Shown here in pieces: positions 26,440 to 38,917 of a DNA stretch of 64,000 bases. Origin of the DNA: Gonapodya sp. JEL0774. Lineage: Eukaryota. Each line of letters starts with the position of its first letter. Within the stretch, counting starts at the first letter, position 1. Below the pieces are notes generated by a model. The model had not been told where the DNA came from, did no database searches, and was given only the letters and a program-made list of their open reading frames with translations. Location: positions 124,001 through 188,000 of the forward strand of contig JADIIX010000002.1 in NCBI GenBank assembly GCA_027604505.1. Direction: 5' to 3'. The position numbers and the translations under genes were made by a program.

Positions 26440-29400
26440 CTATTCACCGTCACTCCCATCACCACCACCTGCACCCAGTCCTTCGTCTTCCTCCAGTGTC
26501 AAATTCTTTGACCGATCTGTCTTCCCCTTCGCGTTAAACTTCCTTCCTTCTTTCTCCCTCAACGCGTGAACACTTTCTTCCTCCTCGGCCCACTCGCACA
26601 CCAAATGACGACCGTAGAAATGTGTTCCCGCAAGTGCCAAAAACGCGTTCTTGGCCTCTTGCCGAGTGAGGAAGTCCACAAACGCAAACCCGCGGTGCGA
26701 TCCATCGAACTTCTTGGGCATCCGGACAGACTTCACATGCCCAAAGGAAGCAAACAGTGCACGAAGTTCCCGTTTTGTACCCTGGAACGGCACATTGCGC
26801 ACGAGCAACTTCGTCCCCTTTGGCTCGGTCGCCTCGGCAGCCAATTTTTGTGTCCCTTGCTTGCCTCTCTTTGAGGTATTGTCGCCATCTCGTGCACTTC
26901 CGCGATCCGACATCTTGAGCTCCACCGCATGACCATCCAAGACAAATCCTTGCATCGCCTTGATCGCTTTCATGGCAAACTCTTTGCCTCCAAACTCGAC
27001 GAATCCGAAGCCCATAGAGAGGCGAGGGCCGCGTGGATTCTTGGGGTCGGGCTTCGTCGCCACCCGGGCACTCTTGAGCTGGCCGATACCCGAAAAAGCC
27101 TTAGCCAGTGTCGCATCCGTGGTTGTAAAGCTTAAATTCTTTACGAACACTGTCGATGTCGGAAGACCGTCCAGCGCGGCAGCAGTAACCCCGTCATCCT
27201 TTCGGACTGCCTCCGGGCCCTCCCGTTCAACCACACCCTTCGCCTTGGTCTCTGCAAACTCGGTCTCCCTCTTTTTCCGCCTTGTTTCAATCTCCTCCTT
27301 GCTCAACGCCTCCTTGAACACTCCGCTCGGCGCCCATTCCAGATATAACGGCACTCCATGAAAGTTCTTATACGCCAAAGTCCGGAATGCCTTCTTTGCG
27401 TCGTTGCTCTCAGCAAACTCCACCAGGGCAACAGTGCGAGTGGGTGGAAACACGACACGGCCGAGAGGGCCAAGTGGGGAAAAGAGCGCAACAAGCTCGG
27501 CCTCCCGTGTGGCGGCAGGCAAATTTTTTACTAGAATAACGGTATTGGAGCGAGCAGATTTGCCAGGTTGATTGTCAAAACATGTGAGGGAAATGCCTTC
27601 CTGTTTGTGCCAAACGAAAGATCCAAATAAATTCCCACCACAACCCTCCATCTCGGGAGCTACAACACAGGGACCTCACCCTTCTCAACCCACCTCCTCC
27701 AAGTACTGTTTCGTTTCGCTGATCACGTGCGTCTCCGCCATGGCCACGCGTACAGCCATGTTTCCAGCCTCTGGATTCAAAATCTCAGCCTTTGTCACAC
27801 CCAGCTTCTTGGCGATAGACTCAAGGACGGCATCGGACTAGACCATGATCGCAGTGATGAGGGAAAGATTGTGAGAAGAGAGAGCTAACGACTCTCCCGT
27901 TACAAAGCACTCACGTTCATGAACAAACTGTTCCAACCTGTGTCACCCTCTCCCTTCCTCCTCTTCTCTCTTTCCCGTTTAAAGCTGCTTTTTGCGTCCG
28001 TCGCCACATCATCTTTCGCCGGAGGCTTCTCCCTCCCAGCAACCACGTCGAGAATCCTGCCCTGGAAAATCGACATATTCAGAGACTCGTAGGCGACAAC
28101 GGCATGCTCGGGAAGCACGTAGAGTGCAAACGCCGTGCCCGTCGGTCGACGAGAGACGCGGGAAATGGGCATGTGAAGTTCCGCGAGAGGCCCGAATGCT
28201 TCGAGCTCCTGGCGGATTTCATCCTCGGAGGCTGTGTAGGGAAGGTTGCGGATGTAGAGACGTCCAGTTTCGGCGATGAGTTCGGGTGGAGGTGGGATTG
28301 AGAGGCCCTCGGGGTGGGTTGGTGGGTCCAAGGGGAAGGAAGCTGGGCGTACTGGGGGGAGGTCATCGTCGGTCTGGGAGGTATCACGAACGGGCGCTTC
28401 TAAGTCGGATTTTATATTCTCGCGGGGACTTGTCGGCTCCGCTTCTCCATCGGTGTCAGACGGCTCCTGATCCTCATCCTCCTCTGATTCCTCCATGTCC
28501 GCTGTCGGCTCTCCAACCTCGTCTCGCTCATCTAAAACTCTTCTCATCTTAGATTGCATATACTCTTGGTCCGTCATTTCATTTTGGGACTCATTTGACT
28601 TGTTCGCTTTCTGTTTGGACTTCTTGATGGGCGGCTCAGGTTCGGGAGATTTGGGCGCAGCCATTGGCAAGTCTGCGTACAGCTCGTCATCCGATTCGGC
28701 GTCGTTGTCACGGGGTGGGAGAGGGGGAGGTGACATGAAAGTAGCTTTCAGCTGAGCAGGGGCCGCTGCAGAGAGCTTTTGCTTCTTGGAAGCGGGTCCG
28801 TCCGTCTCGTCTCCAATGAAGTCTTCTGACGACTCCCGCTTGGCCTTTTTCGTCGATTTGGTTGCGGTGCCGTCAACTGTTCCCGCTTGACTGGGAATCA
28901 GATTCGGTCCAGTTCCGTCTTCCTCGCTACCACTCAAGCGAGCTTTCTTGGCCTTACTTCTGGTCAATCCGTTCACCCCGTCATCCACATCCACTCCGTC
29001 ATCATTCTGCCACATTTTTGTCTTGCCCTTCTTCCCTACACCGACCACTTCCAGAAACTCCGTGAGCTTCCCATCGCCTTCCAAATCTCCCAAAACATCG
29101 TTCCGCTTCACGGGCCGCGCCAGATCACCAGCATCGTGCTCTGTCAGCACCGAGCGTTTTGATGAAAGCACCTGAGATTCGGCGTTGGATGGGTTGGCTC
29201 GCAGGTGGGCGGTGGTGCCGGCTGTGTGCTTTGACCAGGCACGCGGGAGAGAAGGGTCGTGGGGCTAGACGGGCCATTTGCACAAGTTGTTAGCATACAC
29301 GGAGAAAGATGGGAACGTGAAGCCCAAGTTGAAGTCAAAAGAGTTCCAACACTGGTCGCTACAGTTCTGTACACGTCTTAAGACCAGCAACACCCATCTC

Positions 29401-29751
29401 CGACACTCACCGACTTTGCCGCCTCTACTGTGATCTTGGACGTGTCAATGTAGGTGTTGTTGAAGTATTCCACAGCAGCCTTGGCTTCTCGCTCGGACGA
29501 ATAACCAATGTACCCGAATCTTCGGAAAACGCCATCCCTGAAAGCCATAAATAAGAGTTTCCGTACTAAGTGATTACTTTGTCATAGTACGTGCTTCCAT
29601 CTCCCAGAGGAAAGCCTCCTTCCAACTCATGGACTCACCCTGTCTTCACCAGCTTCACGTCTGTCACCGTTCCCTTTGCCGAGAAAATATCCTTGAAACG
29701 TTCCTGCGTAATATGCCTTGGAAGATTTTTGACGATGATTCGCGACCCCAT
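26440..29751 (-). CDS. MRD1: Multiple RNA-binding domain protein 1 (RBM19), five RRMs, pre-rRNA processing
   Basis: MGSRIIVKNLP, FRRFGYIGY...NNTYIDTSKITVE, ETGRLYIRNLPY, WNSLFMN, AVRVAMAETHVI, VILVKNLP...VPLYLEWAP, LSMGFGFVEF, TKLLVRNVPF...HRGFAFVDF...HFYGRHLVCEWA. Confidence 0.95.
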
Positions 29752-29923
29752 CTTGGACAAAAGGGTCAATTGTGGAATACAAAGAAGGCGGTCGGCCGTA
29801 GTCAAGAATCGTGGTGATTGACAAAAACATCCACCATCCATCGACAATATCCGGGAACAAATTTCAACCCATTGAAGAGATTTTTTTATGTATATGCATT
29901 GTGTCAATACAGTAGATTGGTAT

Positions 29924-31416
29924 CTACAATTTACCCTTCGAGTCGCCAGTGAATTTCACTCCCCAGCTGTTGCGGCCCGCAATATCGTCGAGTGTGTTGG
30001 CAATGTCCCCACGCCACGATGGTGTGATGGGAATACCAAGTGCCTCGGCGCGACTGGGGGATTTGGGGTCGAAGAATGCCTTATCGCCGTGCACGACAAC
30101 ACGTGTACCCCTATTAGAAAACCAGACATGAGCTGCGCCGGGAGGGACGAAGAATCGTGATCATTAGCACTCACGTTCGGCTGCTGGGGAAGTAGTCCCA
30201 GACCGCCGTGTGCTGCGTGGATCGGTTGTCCCAAAGAGCGACAGAGTTCTTTGTCCACTTGAAGCGCACCTACAGCGAGACCAAAACTGCCATGAGCATT
30301 GATCGTGCATTTGATCGATCCCAAGGCCAGATCACTCACCTGGAAGTCAACACCCTTGGCGACATGGTCGTTAAGGTGGTTGAGGAGCAATTCACTCTCA
30401 GAGCGGGTGAAACCCTTGATCTGTTTCGCATACGGACGGTTGAGGAAGAGGTGCTTCCACCCAGTGACGGGGTGAGTCCTGATGAGAGGTTGAATGCCCC
30501 GCGCCGGGACGTAGGACGCATCGTTCACATAGTAAGCCCCTTCCTGAAGTACCTCCAAACCGTCAATGCGAGCTCGGAACGCGGGTGATAGTTTATCGTA
30601 AGCAGAGTACAGAGACGCCCAGATTGTGTCTCCACCACCTGATGGAGAACAAATTCAATTTGAAATGGTGGGCTGGTGAGGCAGATGCCAAGGTGCAAGA
30701 CTCGACCCTATGAACTCACTTCCCCCCTCAGGAACTTCGCGTATCATCAAAAATGTGATGGTGGAAGGCTCAACATCGGCACTGTGATCTTGATGCCTGG
30801 CACGCATGAGTTTGAAAAGTGTTGAGTGTTGGAAATCCACCATCAACGGCGCGATCCAAGCAACAGACTCACCAGACTTCAGCACCCCGAACGGTCTTGG
30901 AATCAACATGAATACTCTGTACGTCACGGAATCCACCGGCGGTGGGACCCGGAGTTCGGTCATTGAGTTTACCTGAGAAACATTTCACAATCTCGGTGTC
31001 ATATTGCTTCTCCGATGAAACAGTCGCGCATGGCACATAAACCCACCCCACTTGAGACCCAGCTCACGCTGCTGGGGGATAGAAAGATCTTGGTCGCGGA
31101 AGAAAACGACACCCCGCTCGGCAATCAACAGCGCGAGATCCTCGCGCTGCTGAGCGTTCAGATCCTTGAGCTGTGAGCGCCAAAATACATACGCAATTAT
31201 AAATATCAGTACTTCGAAGCGAAGAGTCATGCAGTGGAGACCTCGACACACCTGGAGCCCCACAATCTCAGTACCGATCGCCGGAGTGAGATTCACAATC
31301 TCCCTTGCGGCTGTGAAAAGAGATTTCTTGGCTGGATCAGCACGAGTACCGGGGAGGTGAGATCGCTGGGTGGGTGCCGTGGTGGCAGCAACTGGGATCG
31401 AAACTTGAGTAGACAT
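29924..31416 (-). CDS. TauD/Jlp1-family Fe(II)/2-oxoglutarate dioxygenase, paralog 1
   Basis: LTPAIGTEIVGLQL, LALLIAERGVVFFRDQD, Fe-binding W-HQD, GGDTIWASLYSAYDKLSP, PLIRTHPVTGWKHLF, VRFKW...WDNRSTQHTA, RTGTRV. Intact after splicing six GT-AG introns. Stop TAG at 29924-29926. Confidence 0.92.
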
Positions 31417-32118
31417 AATTTTTCTTGTGATACCGTTCGTCGAGGAACTTATAACACTGAGTGACCAATGGCGATCAGCGCAGCTGAATTTAATGTGTTG
31501 ATGAATGGCGCGAAATCCGGTTTAATTCTTATGAATTTGGTTCCGGATTCCGGATTTCGAGAGCAAGTGTGCTTCAAATGGTGCGAGAATGCACTTGTAT
31601 CGAATAAGAACACCCTAATTACATGAAGTCATCTCGGCAGATCCCTAAACAAAACTCAAGAAAAAAAATCTCAAAAAATCACGCATGATACAAGTGTGCA
31701 AGTGGTGGAAAGATAGAGGAAACTAGAGTGTTCTGGCGTTCTGACAAGCGCTGAACAATCCGAGACGGAGTCTGTGCATTCAGAATTTGACACCAATATG
31801 TAGAGAATAAGGAATAAGGACGTAACAAGATATCGGAAGTGAGAGCTTCTGTTGGCCGGGCTGCCCGGCCAACACATTCGCAAGGGATCAGGGAAGCTTG
31901 GAATAGCAGAAGGACACGGATATCTCGGACTAGAGACCTCGTCACCGTTTAAAAAGCGGAGATTCGCTCTGCAGGCACTTTTCATAAAGTTCTGGGGCTC
32001 CCAGGCTATCACAGTTACGATCACTTGGTAATCATTTGCAAATCTGACAGTCCTGATTACATACGCGGAAGTACATATATGACTGCATCTGGTTTGGCGT
32101 GATAGAAAATAGCACATC

Positions 32119-33583
32119 TTACAGTTTACCCTTCGAGTCGCCAGTGAATTTCACTCCCCAGCTGTTGCGGCCCGCAATATCGTCGAGTGTGTTGGCAATG
32201 TCCCCACGCCACGATGGTGTGATGGGAATACCAAGTGCCTCGGCGCGACTGGGGGATTTGGGGTCGAAGAATGCCTTATCGCCGTGCACGACAACACGTG
32301 TACCCCTATTAGAAAACCAGACATGAGCTGCGCGGGGGGGGGGGGGGAAGAATCGTGATCATTAGCACTCACGTTCGGCTGCTGGGGAAGTAGTCCCAGA
32401 CCGCCGTGTGCTGAGTGGATCTATTGTCCCACAGAGCCACCGAGTTCTTGGTCCACTTGAACCGCACCTGCAGCAGGTTGAAAAGGGCTTGCGTGAGTAG
32501 AAGACGGCGCAGTAGGTGTAAATGAAAGTCAGATCACTTACTTGGTGGTCCACACCCTTGGCAATGTGGTCGTTGAGGTAATTCAAAAGCAGATCGCTCT
32601 CAGATCGAGTCAGACCCTTGATTTGTTTGGCCCAAGATCGGTTGACAAAAAGGTGCTTCCACCCAGTAACGGGGTGCGTGCGAACCAGTGGATGCACGCC
32701 TCGGGCAGGCACGTATGACTTATCTTGGGGGTAGTAGGCGCCTTCTTGGAGAGTCTCCAGTCCTTCAATGCGTGCCCGGAAAGCGGGAGAAAGCTTATCG
32801 TACGCGGAATAGAGGGAAGACCAAATGGTGTCTCCACCAGCTGGGCGGCGGGATGAATAGCTTCAGTATGTAAACGATTGACAATTAGTAAGCATGCCTC
32901 ACATCCTCCTTCCGGAACGCTGCGCACTGCCAAGAACGTTATGGCTGAAGGCTCGATGTCGGCACTGTGATCCTGGTGCCTTCAAGCAGAAAATACAAAA
33001 ATTAAGCAGGCAATAAGCAACTTGATCTTCTCCGAGCAACATACCAATTTTCGGGGGCTCGAACAGAATTTGCATCAACGTGAATGCTCTGTACATCACG
33101 AAATCCACCGGCGGTGGGACCCGGAGTTCGGTCATTGAGTTTACCTGAGAAACATTCCACAATCTCGTGTCATATTGCTTCTCCGATGAAACAGTCGCGC
33201 ATGACACATAAGCTCACCCCATTTGAGACCCAGCTCACGCTGCTGCTCAATGGAAAGGTCTTGGTCACGGAAGAAAACGACACCGCGCTCGGCGATCAAT
33301 AATGCCAGATCCTCGAGCTGCTGAGCATTCAGATCTTTGAGCTGTAAGTGCCAATGAAAGATGAAGCATCTGTGATCATCCGCACCCGGAAGCAAACAGT
33401 CATGTCCTGGAGACTTCGACCTACCTGGAGCCCCACAATCTCGGTACCAATCGCCGGAGTGAGATTCACAATCTCTTTAGCGGTCGTGAACAGGGATTTT
33501 TTCGCCGGATCAGCGCGAGTACCGGCGAGGTGAGATCTCTGGGTGGGAGCCGCGGTGGCCGGGATTGAAACTTGAGTAGACAT
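32119..33583 (-). CDS. TauD/Jlp1-family Fe(II)/2-oxoglutarate dioxygenase, paralog 2
   Basis: Same motifs and intron positions as paralog 1 (MSTQVSIP..., WHQDHSADIEP, HPLVRTHPVTGWK, WDNRSTQH). The last exon is essentially identical in sequence to that of paralog 1. Confidence 0.92.
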
Positions 33584-33873
33584 TATCGTTCTTGCTATGG
33601 TGTGATTGAATGAGGACGTGCTTCTATTTATTGTTTTGGTCTCGAATCGCGCCAAATTTGCGAATTGTGAAACATGTTTGGATATCGCCGAGTGTGGGAT
33701 GATGCTATATTGATGCCTGGGGGTCCAACTGCCATGGCCACCTGATCATCATCTCTCCCTCACAAAGGAAAAAGGGTCCATAGCGCCATTATATGATTTC
33801 TTTATCAAAGCCCGTGATAAAATGGAAACGTTCTTGTGGCTCCCAGTATTCCAACGCTCGTTAGCATTCCAAC
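33584..33873. promoter_or_regulatory. Divergent promoter between TauD-2 and the MFS permease, with putative CYS3/MetR-like sites
   Basis: 290-bp head-to-head spacer containing ATCGCGCCAA (33646) and ATAGCGCCAT (33780), near-matches to the ATGRYRYCAT bZIP sulfur element. Confidence 0.45.
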
Positions 33874-36231
33874 ATGGCAGACACGAAGTTGATCGAGAAC
33901 AGTCCCGAGCCCGCTAATGAGACTGCCGCGGCCGAGAAGAGGAGTTGGGTCTCTTACGTGTGGGACCGGGATTTCGACTCGAAATCTCCACAAGAGCGGA
34001 GACTGGTCAACAAGATTGACATGGGGTGGGTCGAGTTGACCTCGTTACCTGCCCTTCGTGACCGTTCTTCTCAACAAAACTCACACGGCTGCCATTTTCG
34101 TTTAGAATTCTCATTTATGCGACTTTTGGATACTTCATCAAGGTGAGACATTTTACTTTTGGATCCTCATTCTCCCCTCTGACATCTCTCGTAATCCACA
34201 TTTCAGACCTTGGATCAAAGTGTAAGAAACGGGACATCGTTGGGTGTTGCTGCTGCCGGCAGACCTGTTAATCTTTCTTGTCGAAACACCAAAGAATATC
34301 AACAACGCTTTCCTGTCTGGCATGCGAGAAGACCTGGGCATGTTCGGTAACGAACTTAACTACGCCGTGTTGAATTTCAACGTTCCCTATTGCGTGTAAG
34401 TGCTCCCTCAAGAGGAGCTACGAGGAATGGCGTCTCATCTATTCCGATCTCAGTTTGGCAATACCCTCAAACATCTTGCTGACAAAAGTGCGGCCCTCCC
34501 TCTATCTGCCACTTCTCGAAGTCGGATGGGCAGTTCTGACCATTTCAAAAGGATTTGTCAAGAATGTCAACACTCTGTACCTTCTGCAGTTCTTGCTCGG
34601 CGCTTTCGAAGCTGGATATGTAAGTTCTGTCTGTTACCATTTGTAGGATCTACGGCTTCTCACTCCTCGCCATCAGTTCCCCGGTGTTGTTTATTTGATC
34701 TCGACTTGGTACACCAACACAGAACTGTCAAAGCGATTCGCGATATTCTCGGTCACCTCCGCAATTGGAGCTATGTTCTCCGGCTACTTGCAAACGGCCT
34801 GCATATCCCTCGCTGGGAAAGGAGGATTGGAAGGGTGAGAGTTGCCCCAAATGCACGTACCATCGATCAGGTCGTTAAAACACAGTTAATCGCCCAAAAC
34901 TAGTTGGCAATGGTTGTTTGTCGTGAGTGTTTGAACCATTTCTATGGAGTGACTATCTCGCCAACAGCTGTATCATGTACAGGTTGACGGCCTTCTATCA
35001 TTTTCGTCGGCACTTCTGGGATTTTGGCTCATTCCCGACTTTCCCGAAACTACCAAATGGACGTACTTTACACCAGAGGTGAGTTTTTATCGTAAGGATC
35101 ACATTCTTCTGCTTACCGCGACCATGTGCCTCAGGAAATCGAACTCGCGAAAACCCGTCTGGTGAAAAATGGGAAATCTGGCAACGTGAAGTACAGCTGG
35201 GATCTGTTAAAAAGAGTGTTCGGCCGCTGGCACTGGTATCTCTTCACAAGTTCGTAATGCCAGTTGATTCCTCTTGAGAATGTCGCTCATCCACACTCCG
35301 CCGGTCCTACTCAGTCTTGTATGCGATCTACAACAGCTCAGCGACCGCGTGGGGACAATTGGGCTTCCTCCTTAAGTTTGGTGGAGGTTTTTCGGTGCAG
35401 CAAATCAATTTATATCCCACTGGTGTCAACGCTGTTACCGCCTTTTTCACCTTTTTGTGAGTTATATTGAAGGAGCTTATTTGTGTCTTCAGAGACCTTA
35501 CTGACGAAGTTCGTCTTCGCGGCAGCTGGGGGTGGTACGCGGATTTTTCTGGGAACCGATTTATCGTCATCTTCTTGCCCATGGTGAGCCGAATTCCAAT
35601 ACACAGACGCTTGAAATACTAATTGTGATCGCTTTGAAGACGATCTCTGCCATTTTCATAACGATTCTCGCCGTTTGGGATGTTCCTTTTGGGCTGAAAT
35701 TCGCTTCGTACTTCTTCGCCGCTGTGTCAACACCAATTTCTGTGAGGAGAAGCTGTCGTTTTGATTCTCATTTCCCATTCACAATCTAACAAAGCTCAAC
35801 ATTAGAACACGATGGCTTATCTGTCGACTATAGTCGATAGTGACCCAGTGGAACGGACTCTCATCATAGGATCGATGAACACAGCTTCTTATGTTGTATT
35901 CATCGTTGGACAACTCGTGCTCTGGCCAACCACGTCAGCGCCACGTTATCGTACGTGAAATCTCCGTGTCTGTTCGCACTGTTGAATCCATCCTGACTCT
36001 TTAACCTCACTCTGTTCTTCAGCCGTCGGATACATATACACTGCGACAACACTATGGGTCGGACTCTTTGTAACACTCGGAATCAACTATCTGTGGAAGC
36101 GAGATCTCAAGAGAGGAATTATATACACACCCGATGGAGTTATCACAAACAGATCGACCGTCACACCAGAAGAGGGAGAGCTGGACAGTGAGAAGACGGA
36201 GAAAGCGATTGGAGTTGCTGGAACCGCATAG
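33874..36231 (+). CDS. MFS transporter of the allantoate/anion:cation symporter (Dal5) family, Seo1/Liz1/Fen2-like
   Basis: ERRLVNKID, YFIK|TLDQS|NINNAFLSGMREDLGMFGNELN, IPSNILLTKVRPSLYLP, GAFEAGY|FPG...STWYTNTELSKRFAIF, MFSGYLQ, GGLEGWQWLF|VDG, ERTLIIGSMN, WPTTSAPRY. Many introns. Confidence 0.88.
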
Positions 36232-36324
36232 TGGCCGTGCAATCATATTTTGGAGCAAGGATGGCTCGAGTGGTCGAGTCGTACTTGGGTGTATGTACTA
36301 ATGAAACATTTTGTTTTCGGGGGC

Positions 36325-36556
36325 GTTCGGATATTCTGTCAAACATAATAATACACTCATTCGCACTCACTGCACTTGCACGTGCCGATGAGATCTACCT
36401 AAACCACATTGCGATGTTTACTTTCTATTGCAGTTATCAGGCGTGTTCGGATATCCTGTCAAACATAGTACTACAGTCCTTCACGCTCACTTCGCTTGAA
36501 CGTGCCGATCAGATCTACCTAAACCACATTGCGATGTTTGCTTGCTATTGCAGTTA
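36325..36556. repeat. Two-copy tandem direct repeat with a 120-bp period (units ~36325-36436 and ~36445-36556)
   Basis: GTTCGGATAT(T/C)CTGTCAAACATA...ACGTGCCGAT(G/C)AGATCTACCTAAACCACATTGCGATGTTT...CTATTGCAGTTA occurs twice, exactly 120 bp apart, with substitutions but no indels. Confidence 0.9.
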
Positions 36557-37002
36557 CAAATGGAGTTACGACCACACTCTCGGATTGGCGAGAAACACGC
36601 ACTGCGGTGGCCGGTCAAATGGTAGGTACGTTTCTCTGCGTCGTATCATCCGGTTACGAGTCTGTATGACGAGTCACGTTCGGCGTTGATCAAACTGGAG
36701 TATTACGTCCGGGCGTGTTTTAGGACTTAATGCAATCGATTGTGCGGATCTGTTACGGACAGATTCGGAAAACACAGGTGCTTTCCAGTTTTGAAAATCG
36801 GAAAGCCGTTGCGACAAGTGACAAGTGCAGTCGAATTAACCCGCCTTTTGAAGAATGTATTGATGTTGTATCTGCGGAGCCAGATATCGCTCACTTTGAA
36901 ACAATCATTGACGATACTGGCCGCCGCTCCCCAAAATGACCCAAACGAGGACGATTACGATTGAACTCACGAATTAACATTCACTCTTTCTAATAACTGT
37001 AA

Positions 37003-38917
37003 CTACAATGCTCCAAAAACAAGTCTATTACGTAATGCCCACAATGCAATTGGGTCTTCATAAACCTTCAGCCTCTCTTTCTGCGTTTTCCAAATGCCAA
37101 GAGTCTCTGTGAGGGCATCTTGATACTCCTAAAACACCGAAAACCTCGGTTAGTAGGATCGATGATACCCACCAATGCAAGAAAATGACTCACAAATTGT
37201 GGTTTGCCTGACCAAACCATCGATTTTCCCTCAAACCGATCGACAGCACCAGCAATCTTTGCTTCCTCTTCCTCTGCATGGATCACGTCCTCAATTGTCT
37301 CTGGCCACTGCAATGGGAAGCCGCTCCAGACCTTTGCGATCAACGCTCCTTGGAACTCGAAGAACGGGAACGAGTTGATGTACAAAGGCAAGCCGACAAA
37401 CGCCAGCGTCGGGTTCCATGCATAGAATGCCTTCTTCCAAAGGTTTAAGACGACTTCGCCCTTGCCACGCCCAATCAAATCCCAGTACTCGAGATCGGGG
37501 TCGGGAAGGTGTGCCCCGTGCTCCGACAAGGTGGTACCGCGAAGAAAAGGGAAGTCATAGAGATACCCCGTAGCAAAAATCACAACGTCCTAAAGAATGT
37601 TCACGTATTTGAGATGACGATTGCGTTGTGCGACCCGTAGTCGAAAAACTTACGATGTCTTTGATAATGGTACCATCTTCCAGCTCCACCGCAGATTCGC
37701 CAATGAACTTCTTCACCGGCACCACCTTGGTGAGAGGGTAGTTTTTCTTTTGCACGAGATCCGCAACGTTCTCTGCGTCCCAAAACCTTAAGTGATATGT
37801 ATCCAACAGATTGTCAGTTGAAGAACCCAAAACAAGAGCCGCTGCACAACAGCCTCACCTCGATTCACGCATGCTGATATGAATTGTCTTCGCGGATCCA
37901 GCCAATATCCGTGATAGATCAAGAGCCGAGGAGCCTGAGTATGCGCATGAATGAGTCATAAAGAACGGTCCAAGCAAACGGCAAGCAATACCTTACCTGA
38001 ACCAATCACGAGTATGCTCTTTCCTGCGAACTCGCTCTCAAAGCGGAAGTCCCGAGAGTGCAAGAGACGACCTGATATTGGAGATGAGTCAGTTGTGCGA
38101 TGTAAAGAACAGGAAACAGCATTACAGAACCTTTGAACCTGGACGCGCCCTCAATGGGCGGGATGTAAGCTAATCATAAAGAAAATGATTAATAAGTTGA
38201 TGTATTTCAAAAAGCGAATTGAAGACACCGACGTTGAGAGTAGTGTCCGTTGGCAACAACAATTCCGTCGTGTCGCGAAAGCGCCACTCCCTCTTCGCCG
38301 TTCGATCGCAAAGTCCAATCTTGCGTCTCAACATTCCATAGAACTTGCTCGACGACTCTATTGAAGCGAATGCGTTTGTACACTCCTTTCGCCTGTGCAT
38401 AATGCTTGAGGTATCCTTTCACAACATCCGCTCCCGGGAAAATGTCCGAGTTTTCAGGGATGGGAAAGTCTCGAATTTCAATGGTGTTGAAAGGAGTGTT
38501 TGTTCGGAGTTGTCTGGGAAAGCACCCAAAAGGAAATCATGTCATGTACTCAAGGGGGAGGCATACATGGCAAGGAGAGACCAACTCACGGATAAGCAGA
38601 CGAAGTCGCAGAAGCGTTTGACTTCAATGGTGCAATTTCACTGTCTCCAGAGAAAGTGACGTCACCAGAGTGATCTGGGGTCACGTTCCTGGCAACGACA
38701 AAGTCCAATTCAGTTCCTTCGCACTCATCCGATTCTCAAACTGATATGCTCACCAGATGCCACCCAAATCACTGCGTCCCTCGAAAACCGTGACGTCCTC
38801 AAAGTTTCCGTGGTGTAGCAGCTCTCTCGCAGCGATGAGCCCCGCAGGACCAGCGCCGATGACGGCGATCTTTTTGGGAAGACTAGAGAGCTTTGGGATT
38901 TCGGACTCGACAGTCAT
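37003..38917 (-). CDS. Flavin-containing monooxygenase (FMO, thiol/amine-oxidising type)
   Basis: FAD site IAVIGAGPAG...FEGRSDLGGIW, LRTNTP, VVANGHYS, FMO fingerprint FKGRLLHSRDF (spliced), NADPH site VIGSG|SSALD, IFATGYLYDFPFL, PTLAFVGLP...FPFFEFQ. Confidence 0.9.

Noticed and set aside
32334..32347. G14 homopolymer as a phase-variation tract
   Set aside because: It lies inside an intron (a poly-C tract on the sense strand), so length changes would not shift the frame.
36325..36556. Direct repeats as a possible CRISPR array or LTR pair
   Set aside because: Only two adjacent long units, with no spacers, cas genes, TG...CA termini or internal coding region, in a eukaryotic context.
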